From the NCBI GenBank assembly GCA_964487525.1, contig CAZAQC010000004.1, positions 1 through 37,365 of the forward strand: DNA of 37,365 bases, given 5' to 3'. The notes below the pieces were generated by a model. The model had not been told where the DNA came from. It did no database searches and was given only the letters and a program-made list of their open reading frames with translations. Within the stretch, counting starts at the first letter, position 1. Every line of letters starts with the position of its first letter. The translations under genes and the position numbers were made by a program. The DNA comes from an uncultured Candidatus Saccharibacteria bacterium. GTDB taxonomy: Bacteria; Patescibacteriota; Dojkabacteria; SC72. Positions 24,943 to 35,295 of the stretch are shown piece after piece.

Positions 24943-26568
24943 TTATACCACCATATCAACATATTTCTGTAATCTTTCTTTAACTTTTTCCTCACCTAAT
25001 ACCTTTATAACTTGATAAAGATCTGGTGTTCTAGTTCTATGTGTAATAGCTAACCTTAAAACCATTGCAACATCCCCTACCTTTTCTATACCTAATTCGT
25101 TAGATATTTTCTTTACATTCTCAAACCATTCTTCCTGAGTATCTTGTATAACAAAATCTTTTAAATATCTCTCTATCACTTTCTTTTGAACATCTTTATC
25201 CACTCTTTCAGATATATCTTCCATTTCCTCCTTTTCTAATAGCTCATCAAAAAATATAACCAATTGATCTGCAATATCCTCAAACTTAACTAAATCTTTT
25301 CTTACCTTCTCACCTGTTCTCTCAATATTTAAAATATTAATACAGTATTCTTTGTTTCCTTCAAGTATCTTAAATATTTCTTCGTTAAATGACTTTGCCC
25401 ATTCCAATCCCATTGAATATACTTCCTCCGCTGTAAGAGTCACCATATAGTTCTTACATGTGTCATCAAGTTTAACGATATCGAACAGTGCTCCAGCATT
25501 ATTAAATTTTTCCAATTTCAATTTAAACTCAGATAAAGAAGCTGATGGATTTTGTAATCTCCAATCATAGAAATTTGAGTTAGCAATATTTAAAAGATAT
25601 TCAAGAATTCCTTCTTTTGGATATCCTCTTTCAATATAGTAGGAAACTGCTGCTTCTGGATCTTTCCTTTTACTCAATTTCCTCTTCTTCCCATCATCTG
25701 ATTTCATTAAAGGAGACAGATGGGCATATGGTAATAATTCAAAACCAAGCTTGTTAAATAGTTCAACGTGCAAAGGTAAGGATGAAAACCATTCATCCCC
25801 TCTCATAACATGGGTTATACCCATTAGAGTGTCATCTATTGGATGTGCAAAATGATATGTTGGATATCCATCTGATTTTAACAGTACAGCATCCATACCA
25901 TTCTCTCTTAATGTAACATTTCCTTTAACAAGATCATCATGTGTAAAACTTTTGTCTGGATTACCCGTAGAATACAACCTTATGACAAATTTCTCTCCCT
26001 TCTCTATCATCTCTTTTACATCCTCTACTTTCATATCTCTCCACTTAGCCCATTCACCATAGCACCCTGTTGCAACTTTCAATTCATTCTGTCTTTCTCT
26101 CATCTCTTCCAATTCTTCTTCTTTAAGAAAACATGGATATGCTAAGCCTTTTAAAACCATATCCTTTGCAAACACCTTGTATATATCTAACCTTTTACTT
26201 TGGATATATGGACCATACTCTCCTTCCCAATTCTCCTCATCTCTCATTCCTTCATCAAATTCTACTCCAAAACCCTTTAAACCATTAACTATCATACTTA
26301 CACCATTCTCTATCTCCCTTTCTTTGTCTGTATCTTCAATTCTAAGTATCGAAATCCCATTACTCTGTTTTGCTAATTTCGTACACACTAAACCTGTATA
26401 CACATTACCAATATGCATAAAACCTGTAGGACTTGGTGCAAACCTTAAAACCATACTATTCTCTTCTAACTTTCTTTTTGGATATTTCTTTAAAACATCT
26501 TCCCTACCCTCTTTTACATCTGGGAATATCATCTCTGCTAACTTTACATTCTCCTCTGTTGTTCTCAT
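24943..26568 (-). CDS. gltX: Glutamyl-tRNA synthetase
   Basis: RFAPSPTGFMHIGNVYTGL (HIGH-type), LRIEDTD, and KLSKRKD (KMSKS-type). 541 aa. Confidence 0.9.
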   Translation of the reverse strand: MRTTEENVKLAEMIFPDVKEGREDVLKKYPKRKLEENSMVLRFAPSPTGFMHIGNVYTGLVCTKLAKQSNGISILRIEDTDKEREIENGVSMIVNGLKGFGVEFDEGMRDEENWEGEYGPYIQSKRLDIYKVFAKDMVLKGLAYPCFLKEEELEEMRERQNELKVATGCYGEWAKWRDMKVEDVKEMIEKGEKFVIRLYSTGNPDKSFTHDDLVKGNVTLRENGMDAVLLKSDGYPTYHFAHPIDDTLMGITHVMRGDEWFSSLPLHVELFNKLGFELLPYAHLSPLMKSDDGKKRKLSKRKDPEAAVSYYIERGYPKEGILEYLLNIANSNFYDWRLQNPSASLSEFKLKLEKFNNAGALFDIVKLDDTCKNYMVTLTAEEVYSMGLEWAKSFNEEIFKILEGNKEYCINILNIERTGEKVRKDLVKFEDIADQLVIFFDELLEKEEMEDISERVDKDVQKKVIERYLKDFVIQDTQEEWFENVKKISNELGIEKVGDVAMVLRLAITHRTRTPDLYQVIKVLGEEKVKERLQKYVDMVV

Positions 26569-26625
26569 AGTATAATTGGTAAGATAAATATTGATAGAAT
26601 ATATAACTATTGCTAAGATTATATC

Positions 26626-27942
26626 ATGACATTAACAGAAGCAGCATTTTGGACAAAAAGGTTTGGAGTGATAGCTGTTGGAGCCTTTGTTGTTTTTGTA
26701 ATAGTAATATTAGCAGTCACATTAAAAGCAGCAGACGTTATGCCTCCACAGTATTTAACAGCTAATTTTGCATGTACAGAAAAGAAGGAAGATTTTTTGA
26801 AACACAAGCTAGAAATCCCCTCTCTTCAACTGGCAGATGGATCTGAAATGGTATTTGAAATAAATACGGATAGTGGAAAAATTGATTCTTTACCTCAGAT
26901 TATAAATATTTACAAATATGATAATCCTACTCAGTCTTTGAGTGCTCAAGCAGATGCAAAAATACTAGCTAAAAAGTTAGGATTTGACCCTGATGCTGTG
27001 ATTAGAAGAGGAACTGAAAGCTATGTATGGGTTGATAGAGAGAGAAGCAAAACATTGGAAGTAGAAGCAAAGAATTTAAACTTTAGTATGAAAACTGATT
27101 CTGCCTTTATTAGAGAAATGGCAAATAAGGGATCCTTACCATCAGAGCAAGAGGCAAAATCTCAAGCAGCTAACTCTTTAAGAACTTTGGGGCTTTACTC
27201 GGAGGATTACTCCAATGGGAATCATCAGACAACATTAATAAATGTAAATCCTGATGGATCTTTTAGTAAAGCATTCTCAGTAGCTGAAGCAGAGTTGATA
27301 AGGGTAGATTTTGTAAGAAGCAAATCCATGATCACAATACCTTCAAATATTGTTGGTTCTCAAAATATGGTACAAACCCTCTCAAAGAAACTTCCTGAGG
27401 AACCTGTCATAGAAACCCCCATTGTTAATGATGAAAGAATATCTGTATATACATTTAACACATTGGTTTCATTTAGTAAGACTCAACGAAGCAATATTTC
27501 TGTATATATTGGTGTAGAAAATGACAAAGAAGAAGCTGAGGCCGTGAATTCTGTATATCAGATTGATTACAAATATTGGCCTATACAGGTAGAATCATGT
27601 GGTACATATGAGCTCATATCTCCTCAAGTAGCAATAGAAAAAGTTCAATCTGGAGAAGGAAGCCTCATGTATCTTTTTGAAAAAGGTGGTGATGATGTAA
27701 TTGAATATATTCCAAAAAGAGTAAAAAAGTTCTTAGTAATTGATGTATATCTAGTATATTACGAACATTCAGAAGAATTAGAGTACCTACAACCTGTATA
27801 TGTAATATCAGGAGAGGCCTTGTTTGATAATGATACTAAAGGAACTTTTGATTACTTCTACCCAGCTATCAACTATGGAATAGTGCAAGACAAAATAGAT
27901 TTACCCGCTCCTGAAGTAGTAGAAGAGTCTGGATTCTTCTAG
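26626..27942 (+). CDS. Membrane-anchored hypothetical protein (438 aa)
   Basis: One N-terminal TM (VIAVGAFVVFVIVILAV), then a large exported region. Repeated short helices of the type SAQADAKILAKKLGF / SEQEAKSQAANSLRTLGL faintly recall PepSY/YycI-like modules. Not verifiable here. Confidence 0.5.
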   Translation: MTLTEAAFWTKRFGVIAVGAFVVFVIVILAVTLKAADVMPPQYLTANFACTEKKEDFLKHKLEIPSLQLADGSEMVFEINTDSGKIDSLPQIINIYKYDNPTQSLSAQADAKILAKKLGFDPDAVIRRGTESYVWVDRERSKTLEVEAKNLNFSMKTDSAFIREMANKGSLPSEQEAKSQAANSLRTLGLYSEDYSNGNHQTTLINVNPDGSFSKAFSVAEAELIRVDFVRSKSMITIPSNIVGSQNMVQTLSKKLPEEPVIETPIVNDERISVYTFNTLVSFSKTQRSNISVYIGVENDKEEAEAVNSVYQIDYKYWPIQVESCGTYELISPQVAIEKVQSGEGSLMYLFEKGGDDVIEYIPKRVKKFLVIDVYLVYYEHSEELEYLQPVYVISGEALFDNDTKGTFDYFYPAINYGIVQDKIDLPAPEVVEESGFF

Positions 27943-28022
27943 AATAGGAATACTTTGTTGTGTTTAATCTTCCGAATAATATATAATGAGCAAGTTAATT
28001 ATCTTTTAAATTAGGTAAGAAG

Positions 28023-29372
28023 ATGGAAAAAACAGTACAAACTAGAGTGTTAATTTCTGACTTAAGTAAATATATCGATAAAGATGTAAGGATCAGAGGA
28101 AGAGTTGATACAGTCAGAGATCAAGGAAAAATTGTTTTTGTAATGGTAAGAGATAGATCTGGTATAGTTCAGACAGTTGCATGGGTAGGGAATAGTGAGG
28201 AGATTTTAAACAAAGCAAAGTCCCTTACTACAGAATCAATAGTAGATATTCACGGTAAAGTAAAAGAAGCTAAACAGGTTGAACAGGGATATGAGCTTGA
28301 TATTAAGGAGATTGTAATAGATTCTCTTTCTGATACTCCATTACCTATTGTTGTTGAACAAGAGAACAAAAAAAATACCTCTGCATTAGATTTGAGACTA
28401 GATTACAGATGGATAGATCTTAGATCAAAAAAGAATCATTTAATGATGTCTGTTGGAACTCTCATGGGAGAGTGCTTACGAAAGTTCTGCTTAGACAACG
28501 ATTTTATTGAAATGCAAGGCCCAAGAATAATAAGTGCAGCTAGCGAATCTGGTGCCACAGTATTTGAAGTAAAATATTTTGATAAAAAAGCATACTTAGC
28601 ACAATCTCCTCAATTCCATAAGCAAATGGCTATGGCTTCTGATTTAGAAAGAGTATTTAATATGGGTCCTGTATTTAGGGCAGAGAAATCTTTTACAACA
28701 AGACACCTTACTGAGTACACAAGCTTCGATGTTGAAATGTCATATATCGATTCTTTTATGGATATATGCAAATTTGAGCAAGAAATGATGAAATCAATGT
28801 TAAAAGGAGTAAAAGAAAAATATGGAGAAGAAATACAAAAGATATTTGGCGTAGAAGTAAAATTATATGAGGGAAATTTCCCATATATCTCAGTAAAAGA
28901 TGCAAAAGAAAAACTAGCAAAAGCTGGAGTAGATAGTAAAGATGAAGGAGACTTTTCTCCTGAAGAAGAGAGAGCTATATGTGAAATAATGGAAAAAGAA
29001 ACAGGCTGTGAATTTCTTTTCATAATTGATTATCCTCACAAAAGAAGAGCTTTTTACCATATGAAGAATGAAGAGAATCCAGAATTAGCATTAGGCTTTG
29101 ACCTATTCTGGAAAGGTATTGAAATTACTACTGGAGCTCAAAGAGAACATAGATTACAAAATTTGAAGGAGAATGCTATTGAGAGAGGTATGTCTGAAGA
29201 ATCTTTGAAGGATTATTTTGAATATTTTAGATATGGATGCCCTCCACATGGAGGATTTGCAATTGGGACAGAAAGATTGCTTATGAAGCTACTTGAATAT
29301 ACCAGTATTCTAGAAACTACATATTTACCAAATACACCAAACAGACTTGGAAAGTTAATAAACAAAGTTTAA
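28023..29372 (+). CDS. aspS: Aspartyl-tRNA synthetase, archaeal/eukaryal-type class IIb
   Basis: 449 aa: N-terminal OB fold, motif 2 FRAEKSFTTRHLTEYTSFDVEMSY, motif 3 GGFAIGTERLLMKLL. Confidence 0.88.
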   Translation: MEKTVQTRVLISDLSKYIDKDVRIRGRVDTVRDQGKIVFVMVRDRSGIVQTVAWVGNSEEILNKAKSLTTESIVDIHGKVKEAKQVEQGYELDIKEIVIDSLSDTPLPIVVEQENKKNTSALDLRLDYRWIDLRSKKNHLMMSVGTLMGECLRKFCLDNDFIEMQGPRIISAASESGATVFEVKYFDKKAYLAQSPQFHKQMAMASDLERVFNMGPVFRAEKSFTTRHLTEYTSFDVEMSYIDSFMDICKFEQEMMKSMLKGVKEKYGEEIQKIFGVEVKLYEGNFPYISVKDAKEKLAKAGVDSKDEGDFSPEEERAICEIMEKETGCEFLFIIDYPHKRRAFYHMKNEENPELALGFDLFWKGIEITTGAQREHRLQNLKENAIERGMSEESLKDYFEYFRYGCPPHGGFAIGTERLLMKLLEYTSILETTYLPNTPNRLGKLINKV

Positions 29373-31060
29373 TCAGCAGAGAATCTCCATTCCTTTACAT
29401 TAAATTGCATACTTTCATTTCCATTCCAAACATTAATATCTGGATACCCTACTACATCTATTCTGTCATTTTCATTTAACAATTCCACATCTTCATTACA
29501 CCCAAACAACAAGAGTGTTAAATAATCTACTCCACTGCCTTTTACAAACAATTTCATATGGTTACAATCTTTACCAATTATTTGTTTTTTCTTAACTTCT
29601 AACTCCTTAAGAAAAACAAATGGTTTAGGATTACCAAAACCTAATGGTTCTAAAAGCTTTAATTGCTTCACAAGATCTACAGTAATATCTTCTGTATCTA
29701 AGAATAGTTCTACATTTAATTTTGGTACTAACTGTTCTTTAGTAATCTTCTCATTAGCATACTTAACTATATCTTTAACAAAAGATTCAATAGTATCAGC
29801 TTTAGCAGTAAATCCTGCTGCTAATTCATGACCACCATATCTTTCTAAATATTTATTAAATTTCTCTAAAGATTTTGTTATATTAAAACCCTTTATACTC
29901 CTTGCTGAACCCTTAATTACTCCATCATTATTAGTAGCCACTATAACGGGCTTGTAATACTCCTCTTGTAATTTACCAGCAACTAAACCAATTATTCCCT
30001 CATGCCAATCTTCACCTAATACAAAAAGCATATTATCTTCTGTATCCTTTACTAGATCCTTAGCTTTAGTTAATATCTCAGATGTCATTCTTTGTCTATC
30101 AAAATTTGTATTTTCCAAAAGGTTAGAAATTTCTTTACACTGATTTTCATCTGTACTAACAAGAAGACGAACAGCCTCCATGGGAGAGCCTATTCTACCA
30201 GCAGCATTTATTCTTGGACCAATTACATATCCCAAATGGTAAGTATCTATATCCTTTGGCTCTATACCAGCTCTAAGAGCTAACATTCTTAGTCCCAATT
30301 TTTTACTCTTGCGTATCTCTTCCAAACCTAATTTAACCAATATTCTATTTACATCCAACAGAGGCATTATATCTGTAACTGTAGATAGAGCTACTAGGTC
30401 TAAACCGAAGAGAGGATCATTTTCCATCTTTAAAGAATCCATTAATGATTGTACCAGTAAATATATTACTGCAGTTCCACAAATCTCTTTGGAGGGATAC
30501 TCTTTCTCAGGATACATTTGATGAACAAGAGGATACTCCAAATCTTTTAATATATCTTTAGGAGGTTGATGGTGATCAGTTATTACAAAATCCAAACCCT
30601 TTTCTTTTTTAAATTCATTAATTAATTCTTTATCTCTTACTCCACAATCAACTGTTATTACTAATTTAGCTCCTAGATTCACTAAATCATTTAATGAATC
30701 TCTCGTTAATCCATACCCCTGCTCAATTCTATCTGGTATATATGGTAATACATCTATCTTCTTTTTTAGAAACTTGGAAACATTTCTGTAAAGAAAATCC
30801 CATATTAAACTAGTGGCACAAATTCCATCTGCATCATAATCTCCATGGATTACTATCTTACTTCCATTCTCAATATGTTTAAGAATTAATTTAGTAGCAG
30901 ATTTAGAATCATACAACTTCTTAAAAGAAGGAATATCTTCTAATTGAGGTTTCAAATACTTTTCTTCTTCTTCAATCTTCCTAACCTTAAGTATATGATC
31001 AACTACATCGGTTGTTTTCTTTTTTGGAATTACCCATTCCCTTTTACTCTTCAGGCTCAT
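29369..31060 (-). CDS. recJ: Single-stranded-DNA-specific exonuclease RecJ
   Basis: DHH motifs IVIHGDYDADGICATSL, TVDCGV, ITDHHQP and GGHELAAG. Its stop overlaps the aspS stop by 4 nt (convergent), and its start overlaps recX by 17 nt. Confidence 0.9.
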   Translation of the reverse strand: MSLKSKREWVIPKKKTTDVVDHILKVRKIEEEEKYLKPQLEDIPSFKKLYDSKSATKLILKHIENGSKIVIHGDYDADGICATSLIWDFLYRNVSKFLKKKIDVLPYIPDRIEQGYGLTRDSLNDLVNLGAKLVITVDCGVRDKELINEFKKEKGLDFVITDHHQPPKDILKDLEYPLVHQMYPEKEYPSKEICGTAVIYLLVQSLMDSLKMENDPLFGLDLVALSTVTDIMPLLDVNRILVKLGLEEIRKSKKLGLRMLALRAGIEPKDIDTYHLGYVIGPRINAAGRIGSPMEAVRLLVSTDENQCKEISNLLENTNFDRQRMTSEILTKAKDLVKDTEDNMLFVLGEDWHEGIIGLVAGKLQEEYYKPVIVATNNDGVIKGSARSIKGFNITKSLEKFNKYLERYGGHELAAGFTAKADTIESFVKDIVKYANEKITKEQLVPKLNVELFLDTEDITVDLVKQLKLLEPLGFGNPKPFVFLKELEVKKKQIIGKDCNHMKLFVKGSGVDYLTLLLFGCNEDVELLNENDRIDVVGYPDINVWNGNESMQFNVKEWRFSAD

Positions 31061-31697
31061 TATTTATGAATCTTTCAATTAAATCCCAATTAAATCCCTT
31101 CCTCATTAAAAAATCTATCTTCTTTCTGTCTCTTAAAGATATTTTCTCACTTCCAAATTTCTTTTCATATATCTTCCTTAACATATCATACTCATCCTCC
31201 ACCAGTTCATCTACTTTTTCAGTAGCAATATCTTTACTTACTCCCTTTGATATTAATTCAGATATTAGGACCATCTTGCCTCTTGGTTTATTCTTTATTC
31301 TTGAAAGAACAAACTGTTCAGCAAATACACTATCATCTATATATCCATATTTAGTAAGCTTGGATATTACTTCATTAAATATTCTTTCTAATTCATCTTT
31401 CTCTATCTCACTATACCAAACATTCTTTTTCTTAATGGACAAATCTTTTAAATATCTTCTAAGTTGAAATTCTGTCTTTACTGATCTTGAGATATATGAC
31501 ATGGCTCTTTGGAAGAATCTGTTTAGTAGCTCATTCTTCAATATCTCTCCTAATTCTATTTCATCTAATTCAGCACCTACATACAGATTGAACTTTGCAA
31601 CAGAATCTAGAGATATACCACAGAAGAATTCTTCATCAATGTATATATTAACCCTAGAACTATCTTTCTTTTGAGATGATAGCTTTGTTACTTTCAT
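31044..31697 (-). CDS. recX: RecA regulator RecX
   Basis: 217 aa in the position directly after recA (TAATG stop/start overlap). N-terminal VNIYIDEEFFCGISLDSVAKFNLYVGAELD plus three-helix repeats typical of RecX. Confidence 0.8.
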   Translation of the reverse strand: MKVTKLSSQKKDSSRVNIYIDEEFFCGISLDSVAKFNLYVGAELDEIELGEILKNELLNRFFQRAMSYISRSVKTEFQLRRYLKDLSIKKKNVWYSEIEKDELERIFNEVISKLTKYGYIDDSVFAEQFVLSRIKNKPRGKMVLISELISKGVSKDIATEKVDELVEDEYDMLRKIYEKKFGSEKISLRDRKKIDFLMRKGFNWDLIERFINNEPEE

Positions 31698-32722
31698 TAT
31701 TTTATCTTAGCTTTTACTTCTTTTTCTATCTTGTCTCTTAGTTTTTTGTCCTCTCTAAACAAATCAGCTGTTGATTCCCTCCCCTGTGCTAATTGTATAT
31801 CACCATATTTAAACCAAGCTCCTGCCTTTTGTACTACTCCTAACTCTGTTGCAGCATCCAATATGCTACTTTCTTTATCTATACCCATAGGGTAGATCAT
31901 ATTAAAGGTAGCTTCCTTAAATGGAGGTGCCATTTTGTTCTTTACAACTTTAACCTTTCTAGAATGCCCTATTAATTTTCCATCTTTAAGTATTTTGTCT
32001 TTCTGTCTAATATCCATTCGTATGGATGCATAGAACTTAAGAGCATTTCCTCCAGTTGTTGTTTCTGGATTTCCGAACATAATCCCTATCTTCATTCTTA
32101 ATTGGTTCAAGAAAATGATAGTTGTTCCAGTCTTACTAGTTATGGCTGTAATCTTTCTTAATGCTTGAGACATAAGTCTGGCTTGTAATCCCATATGGCT
32201 ATCGCCCATATCACCCTCTATTTCTGCTCTAGGAGTCAAGGCTGCAACTGAGTCAACAACTATAACGCTGAAAGCAGCAGACCTTACCAATGTTTCCAAT
32301 ATCTCCAATGCTTGCTCTCCAAAGTCAGGTTGGGAGATATATAGTTCATCAATATTCAATCCAATATTTTTTGCATATGTAGCATCAAAAGCGTGCTCGG
32401 CATCTATGAATGCTACAGCATCTCCCATCTTTTGGGCTTCTGCTAAGATATGAATTGCTAATGTTGTTTTTCCTGATGCCTCTGGCCCATATATTTCTAC
32501 TATTCTACCTTTTGGAATACCACCAATACCAAGAGCTATATCCAAAGAAAGTGCTCCTGTAGGTATAACATCAACATCTACTTTTTTCTGGTCTCCAAGC
32601 TTCATTATGGATCCTCTTCCAAATTGTTTTTCTATTTGGGACACAGCCATTTCTATGGCTTTTTTCTTTGGAGAATCTACCTTAACAACAGGTTCTGTTT
32701 TCTTTTTATTTGTATCAGTCAT
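31697..32722 (-). CDS. recA: Recombinase RecA
   Basis: [20 protein letters not shown] (Walker A), [16 protein letters not shown] and the L2 loop [26 protein letters not shown]. Confidence 0.97.
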   Translation of the reverse strand: MTDTNKKKTEPVVKVDSPKKKAIEMAVSQIEKQFGRGSIMKLGDQKKVDVDVIPTGALSLDIALGIGGIPKGRIVEIYGPEASGKTTLAIHILAEAQKMGDAVAFIDAEHAFDATYAKNIGLNIDELYISQPDFGEQALEILETLVRSAAFSVIVVDSVAALTPRAEIEGDMGDSHMGLQARLMSQALRKITAITSKTGTTIIFLNQLRMKIGIMFGNPETTTGGNALKFYASIRMDIRQKDKILKDGKLIGHSRKVKVVKNKMAPPFKEATFNMIYPMGIDKESSILDAATELGVVQKAGAWFKYGDIQLAQGRESTADLFREDKKLRDKIEKEVKAKIK

Positions 32723-32821
32723 TGGAATATTTACATAAATTTATTATATATTCAGAATAACAAAGTAGGAGATTTACGTCAAAGAAGAAGAAGGGAAATA
32801 TTCATTAACCGATAATAATTT

Positions 32822-33412
32822 CTATATTACTAACTTGCTTAAAGTATCTGACAGATTATTAACCAAAGTATTTCTCATACTAGCATCCTCTCTTATATAT
32901 CTAGCTACCTCTATTTGAATAGAGGGGATTCTTAATTTAGATGTTACAAACTCTCCTAAAGTTTCTTGATTATTATCTAGGAATCTTAGAATTGCTATAT
33001 TTATTCCCCTAAGTTCTCCTCTATCTAAATTTTCTTGTAACTGAATAGCTAAATCTCTGGATTTCCAAAATCTTGTTGGATAGTAAATTGCAAGATCATA
33101 GTTATTTCCATCTTTCAATCCATGGATATCTATGAAATATTTTATGTTTTTTTCTTTTACTATTTTTCTAACTTCTTGTTTATATGGGTTCCTCTTTTCT
33201 TTGTGATAGTTAGGATCAAAATCTGTTTCATTAACAGACATAATTCCAAATATATTTGAAAGTTTACAGACCTCTTCAACTATATGATCCGTTAGAGGTT
33301 CTCCTAACTTGTAGGACATATTAAGCCTAGGTCTTCTATGTGCATATACATGAGGAGCAGATATTAGGACAGGTTTAATTCCAGTTATTGTTTTGAATAT
33401 TGGGGCATTCAC
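32822..33412 (-). CDS. N-formylglutamate amidohydrolase (FGase)-superfamily zinc hydrolase-like protein
   Basis: 196 aa with a GTG start. ISAPHVYAHRR ... DFDPNY ... YFIDIHGL follows the FGase-family PH / D-x-N / HG pattern. Confidence 0.5.
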   Translation of the reverse strand: MNAPIFKTITGIKPVLISAPHVYAHRRPRLNMSYKLGEPLTDHIVEEVCKLSNIFGIMSVNETDFDPNYHKEKRNPYKQEVRKIVKEKNIKYFIDIHGLKDGNNYDLAIYYPTRFWKSRDLAIQLQENLDRGELRGINIAILRFLDNNQETLGEFVTSKLRIPSIQIEVARYIREDASMRNTLVNNLSDTLSKLVI

Positions 33413-33491
33413 AAATATAAGTTAACATATATTGTGGTTAATTTACAAATATGTCACAATATCCAAATAGATAATTTATAATATATATTCT

Positions 33492-34070
33492 ATGAAGAGA
33501 CTTCTTAATATTAGTTTATGCTTAATGCTAGGGATAATGTCCCTCTCATTTTTAGCATTACCTGCAAGTGCCCAAACGGAGGATGATTATACGACTACTA
33601 CGGTAGATGAGTATGATTACGACTGGGAATATGATTACGATTATGACTGGGATTCAACCCTATCTGAGGAAGAAACAGGTGTGTTGGCTGGGTTATTAGG
33701 TGGAGGAGCATTGATATTTGGAGGAGTAATGTTAGTTTTCTCAATAATAATATCTTTGTCTTTGTATGTTTATACATCGCTAGCTTTGATGAATATTGCT
33801 AAGAAGATGGATCAAGAAAATACATGGTTTGCATGGGTTCCTATCTTAAATACAGTATTACTGTTTAAGATGGGTGATCAGAATCCTTTATTATTACTGC
33901 TATTATTGATCCCCGGGATTGGAGCGCTTATTGTTGGAATATTCTCGATAATATCTTTGATGAATATTTGTGAAAAGAGAGGATATGACAAGTTACTTGG
34001 TTTACTAGCTTTAGTACCATTAGCAAATCTTATCTTAATTGGAGTATTGGCTTGGGGAAAGAAGGAATAA
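33492..34070 (+). CDS. Membrane protein with an exported acidic Asp/Tyr/Trp repeat and a C-terminal multi-TM domain
   Basis: Signal peptide ending ALPASAQT, then EDDYTTTTVDEYDYDWEYDYDYDWDS, followed by about four hydrophobic helices. TATAAT ends 9 nt upstream of the ATG. Confidence 0.6.
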   Translation: MKRLLNISLCLMLGIMSLSFLALPASAQTEDDYTTTTVDEYDYDWEYDYDYDWDSTLSEEETGVLAGLLGGGALIFGGVMLVFSIIISLSLYVYTSLALMNIAKKMDQENTWFAWVPILNTVLLFKMGDQNPLLLLLLLIPGIGALIVGIFSIISLMNICEKRGYDKLLGLLALVPLANLILIGVLAWGKKE

Positions 34071-34093
34071 TATCTTTCTAATTAGTCATTAAG

Positions 34094-34118
34094 AGGGAGT
34101 ACTTAGTACTCCCTTTTT
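34094..34118. terminator. Bidirectional intrinsic terminator
   Basis: AGGGAGTAC-tta-GTACTCCCT followed by TTTT, between convergent genes ending at 34070 (+) and 34120 (-). Confidence 0.85.
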
Positions 34119-34119
34119 G

Positions 34120-35265
34120 TTATTCCTTTATCGGAAGAACATCTACTAACAATTTCTGATCTGTATCCTCTACCCCTATACCTTCCTGCTTTACCTTATC
34201 TACTCTTCTTACTAATTGATTAAATCTTGTAGTACTTACAGTATCATACTGCTTCTGCAAAGACCCTATCCTTTCACCAATCTTGTAGAACTCTCCTGAG
34301 AAATTATCAAACTCTTTTTCAAAAGATTTAACATGCCCAATGATATTGTATATATTCTTTTGTACTCTAAAGTTTTCATATGACTGCTTAATCATCCTTA
34401 ACATAGCTGTAAAACTAAATGGCCCCGCTAACACTACCTTACTTACCATTGCCTCCTGAGCTAACTCTGGCATCTTGTCATATATGTAGGAGAATATCAT
34501 CTCATTAGGGATAAAGAGTATTACAAAATCTACTGTCTTATCCTCTGGATTAATATAGTCTCTACTTGTAACCTGTTTAATCTTCTCTTTGACATCTTTC
34601 TCAAACAATTTCATATATTTTTCCTTACTCTCTTTATCTTCCATTTCGGACATTCTTTGAAGATTAGCATAAGGGAACTTAGAATCTACATTTATCCTTG
34701 TTCTATCAGGTAGAAATATTGCAAAATCTGGCCTAGTATCTGAACCCGCCTGCTCCTTATTGAATTCATAATCCTCTCCTCTAACAAACCCAGCCATTTT
34801 AAGAAGATCATCAGCTACCTGTTCTCCAAATTGACCTCTTAGTTGATTATTTGAAAGAACCTTTCTTAAACTCTCAGTACTAACAGAGAGTTGTTCTGTA
34901 ATTTTTCTACTCTCTTCTACTGAGCTCTTCAACGTAGCAAAAGAATCTATTCTTTCTTTCTCTGTGACCTTTACATACTCTTCCAAGCCCTTAACCATCC
35001 TAGAAATCTCCTCCCTCTTATTCTCTAAATCAACCCTATTCTGTTTTGTTTCGGAGCTAAGTGATTCCTTAGCCGTTCTAACCAAGTACTCATTTGCCTC
35101 CATCAATGACTTTGGAACTAACTCTTCTAGCTTTTCCTCTATACTATCTCTAATATCCTCATTGCTTGTAGAATCTCCTCTTTTGAGAAAATAGAAGACA
35201 CCTATTCCTAGTAATATACCCCCTATTAAAGCTGCAATTACCTCTGTCATAATGGTAGAATACAT
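34120..35265 (-). CDS. rmuC: DNA recombination protein RmuC
   Basis: 381 aa: N-terminal TM, coiled coil, then LRGQFGEQVADDLLKMAGF...RPDFAIFLPDRTRINVDSKFP...DFVILFIPNE, typical of the RmuC nuclease-like domain. Confidence 0.85.
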   Translation of the reverse strand: MYSTIMTEVIAALIGGILLGIGVFYFLKRGDSTSNEDIRDSIEEKLEELVPKSLMEANEYLVRTAKESLSSETKQNRVDLENKREEISRMVKGLEEYVKVTEKERIDSFATLKSSVEESRKITEQLSVSTESLRKVLSNNQLRGQFGEQVADDLLKMAGFVRGEDYEFNKEQAGSDTRPDFAIFLPDRTRINVDSKFPYANLQRMSEMEDKESKEKYMKLFEKDVKEKIKQVTSRDYINPEDKTVDFVILFIPNEMIFSYIYDKMPELAQEAMVSKVVLAGPFSFTAMLRMIKQSYENFRVQKNIYNIIGHVKSFEKEFDNFSGEFYKIGERIGSLQKQYDTVSTTRFNQLVRRVDKVKQEGIGVEDTDQKLLVDVLPIKE

Positions 35266-35295
35266 AAAGTTATCGTATGCTATTATAGACTATAT

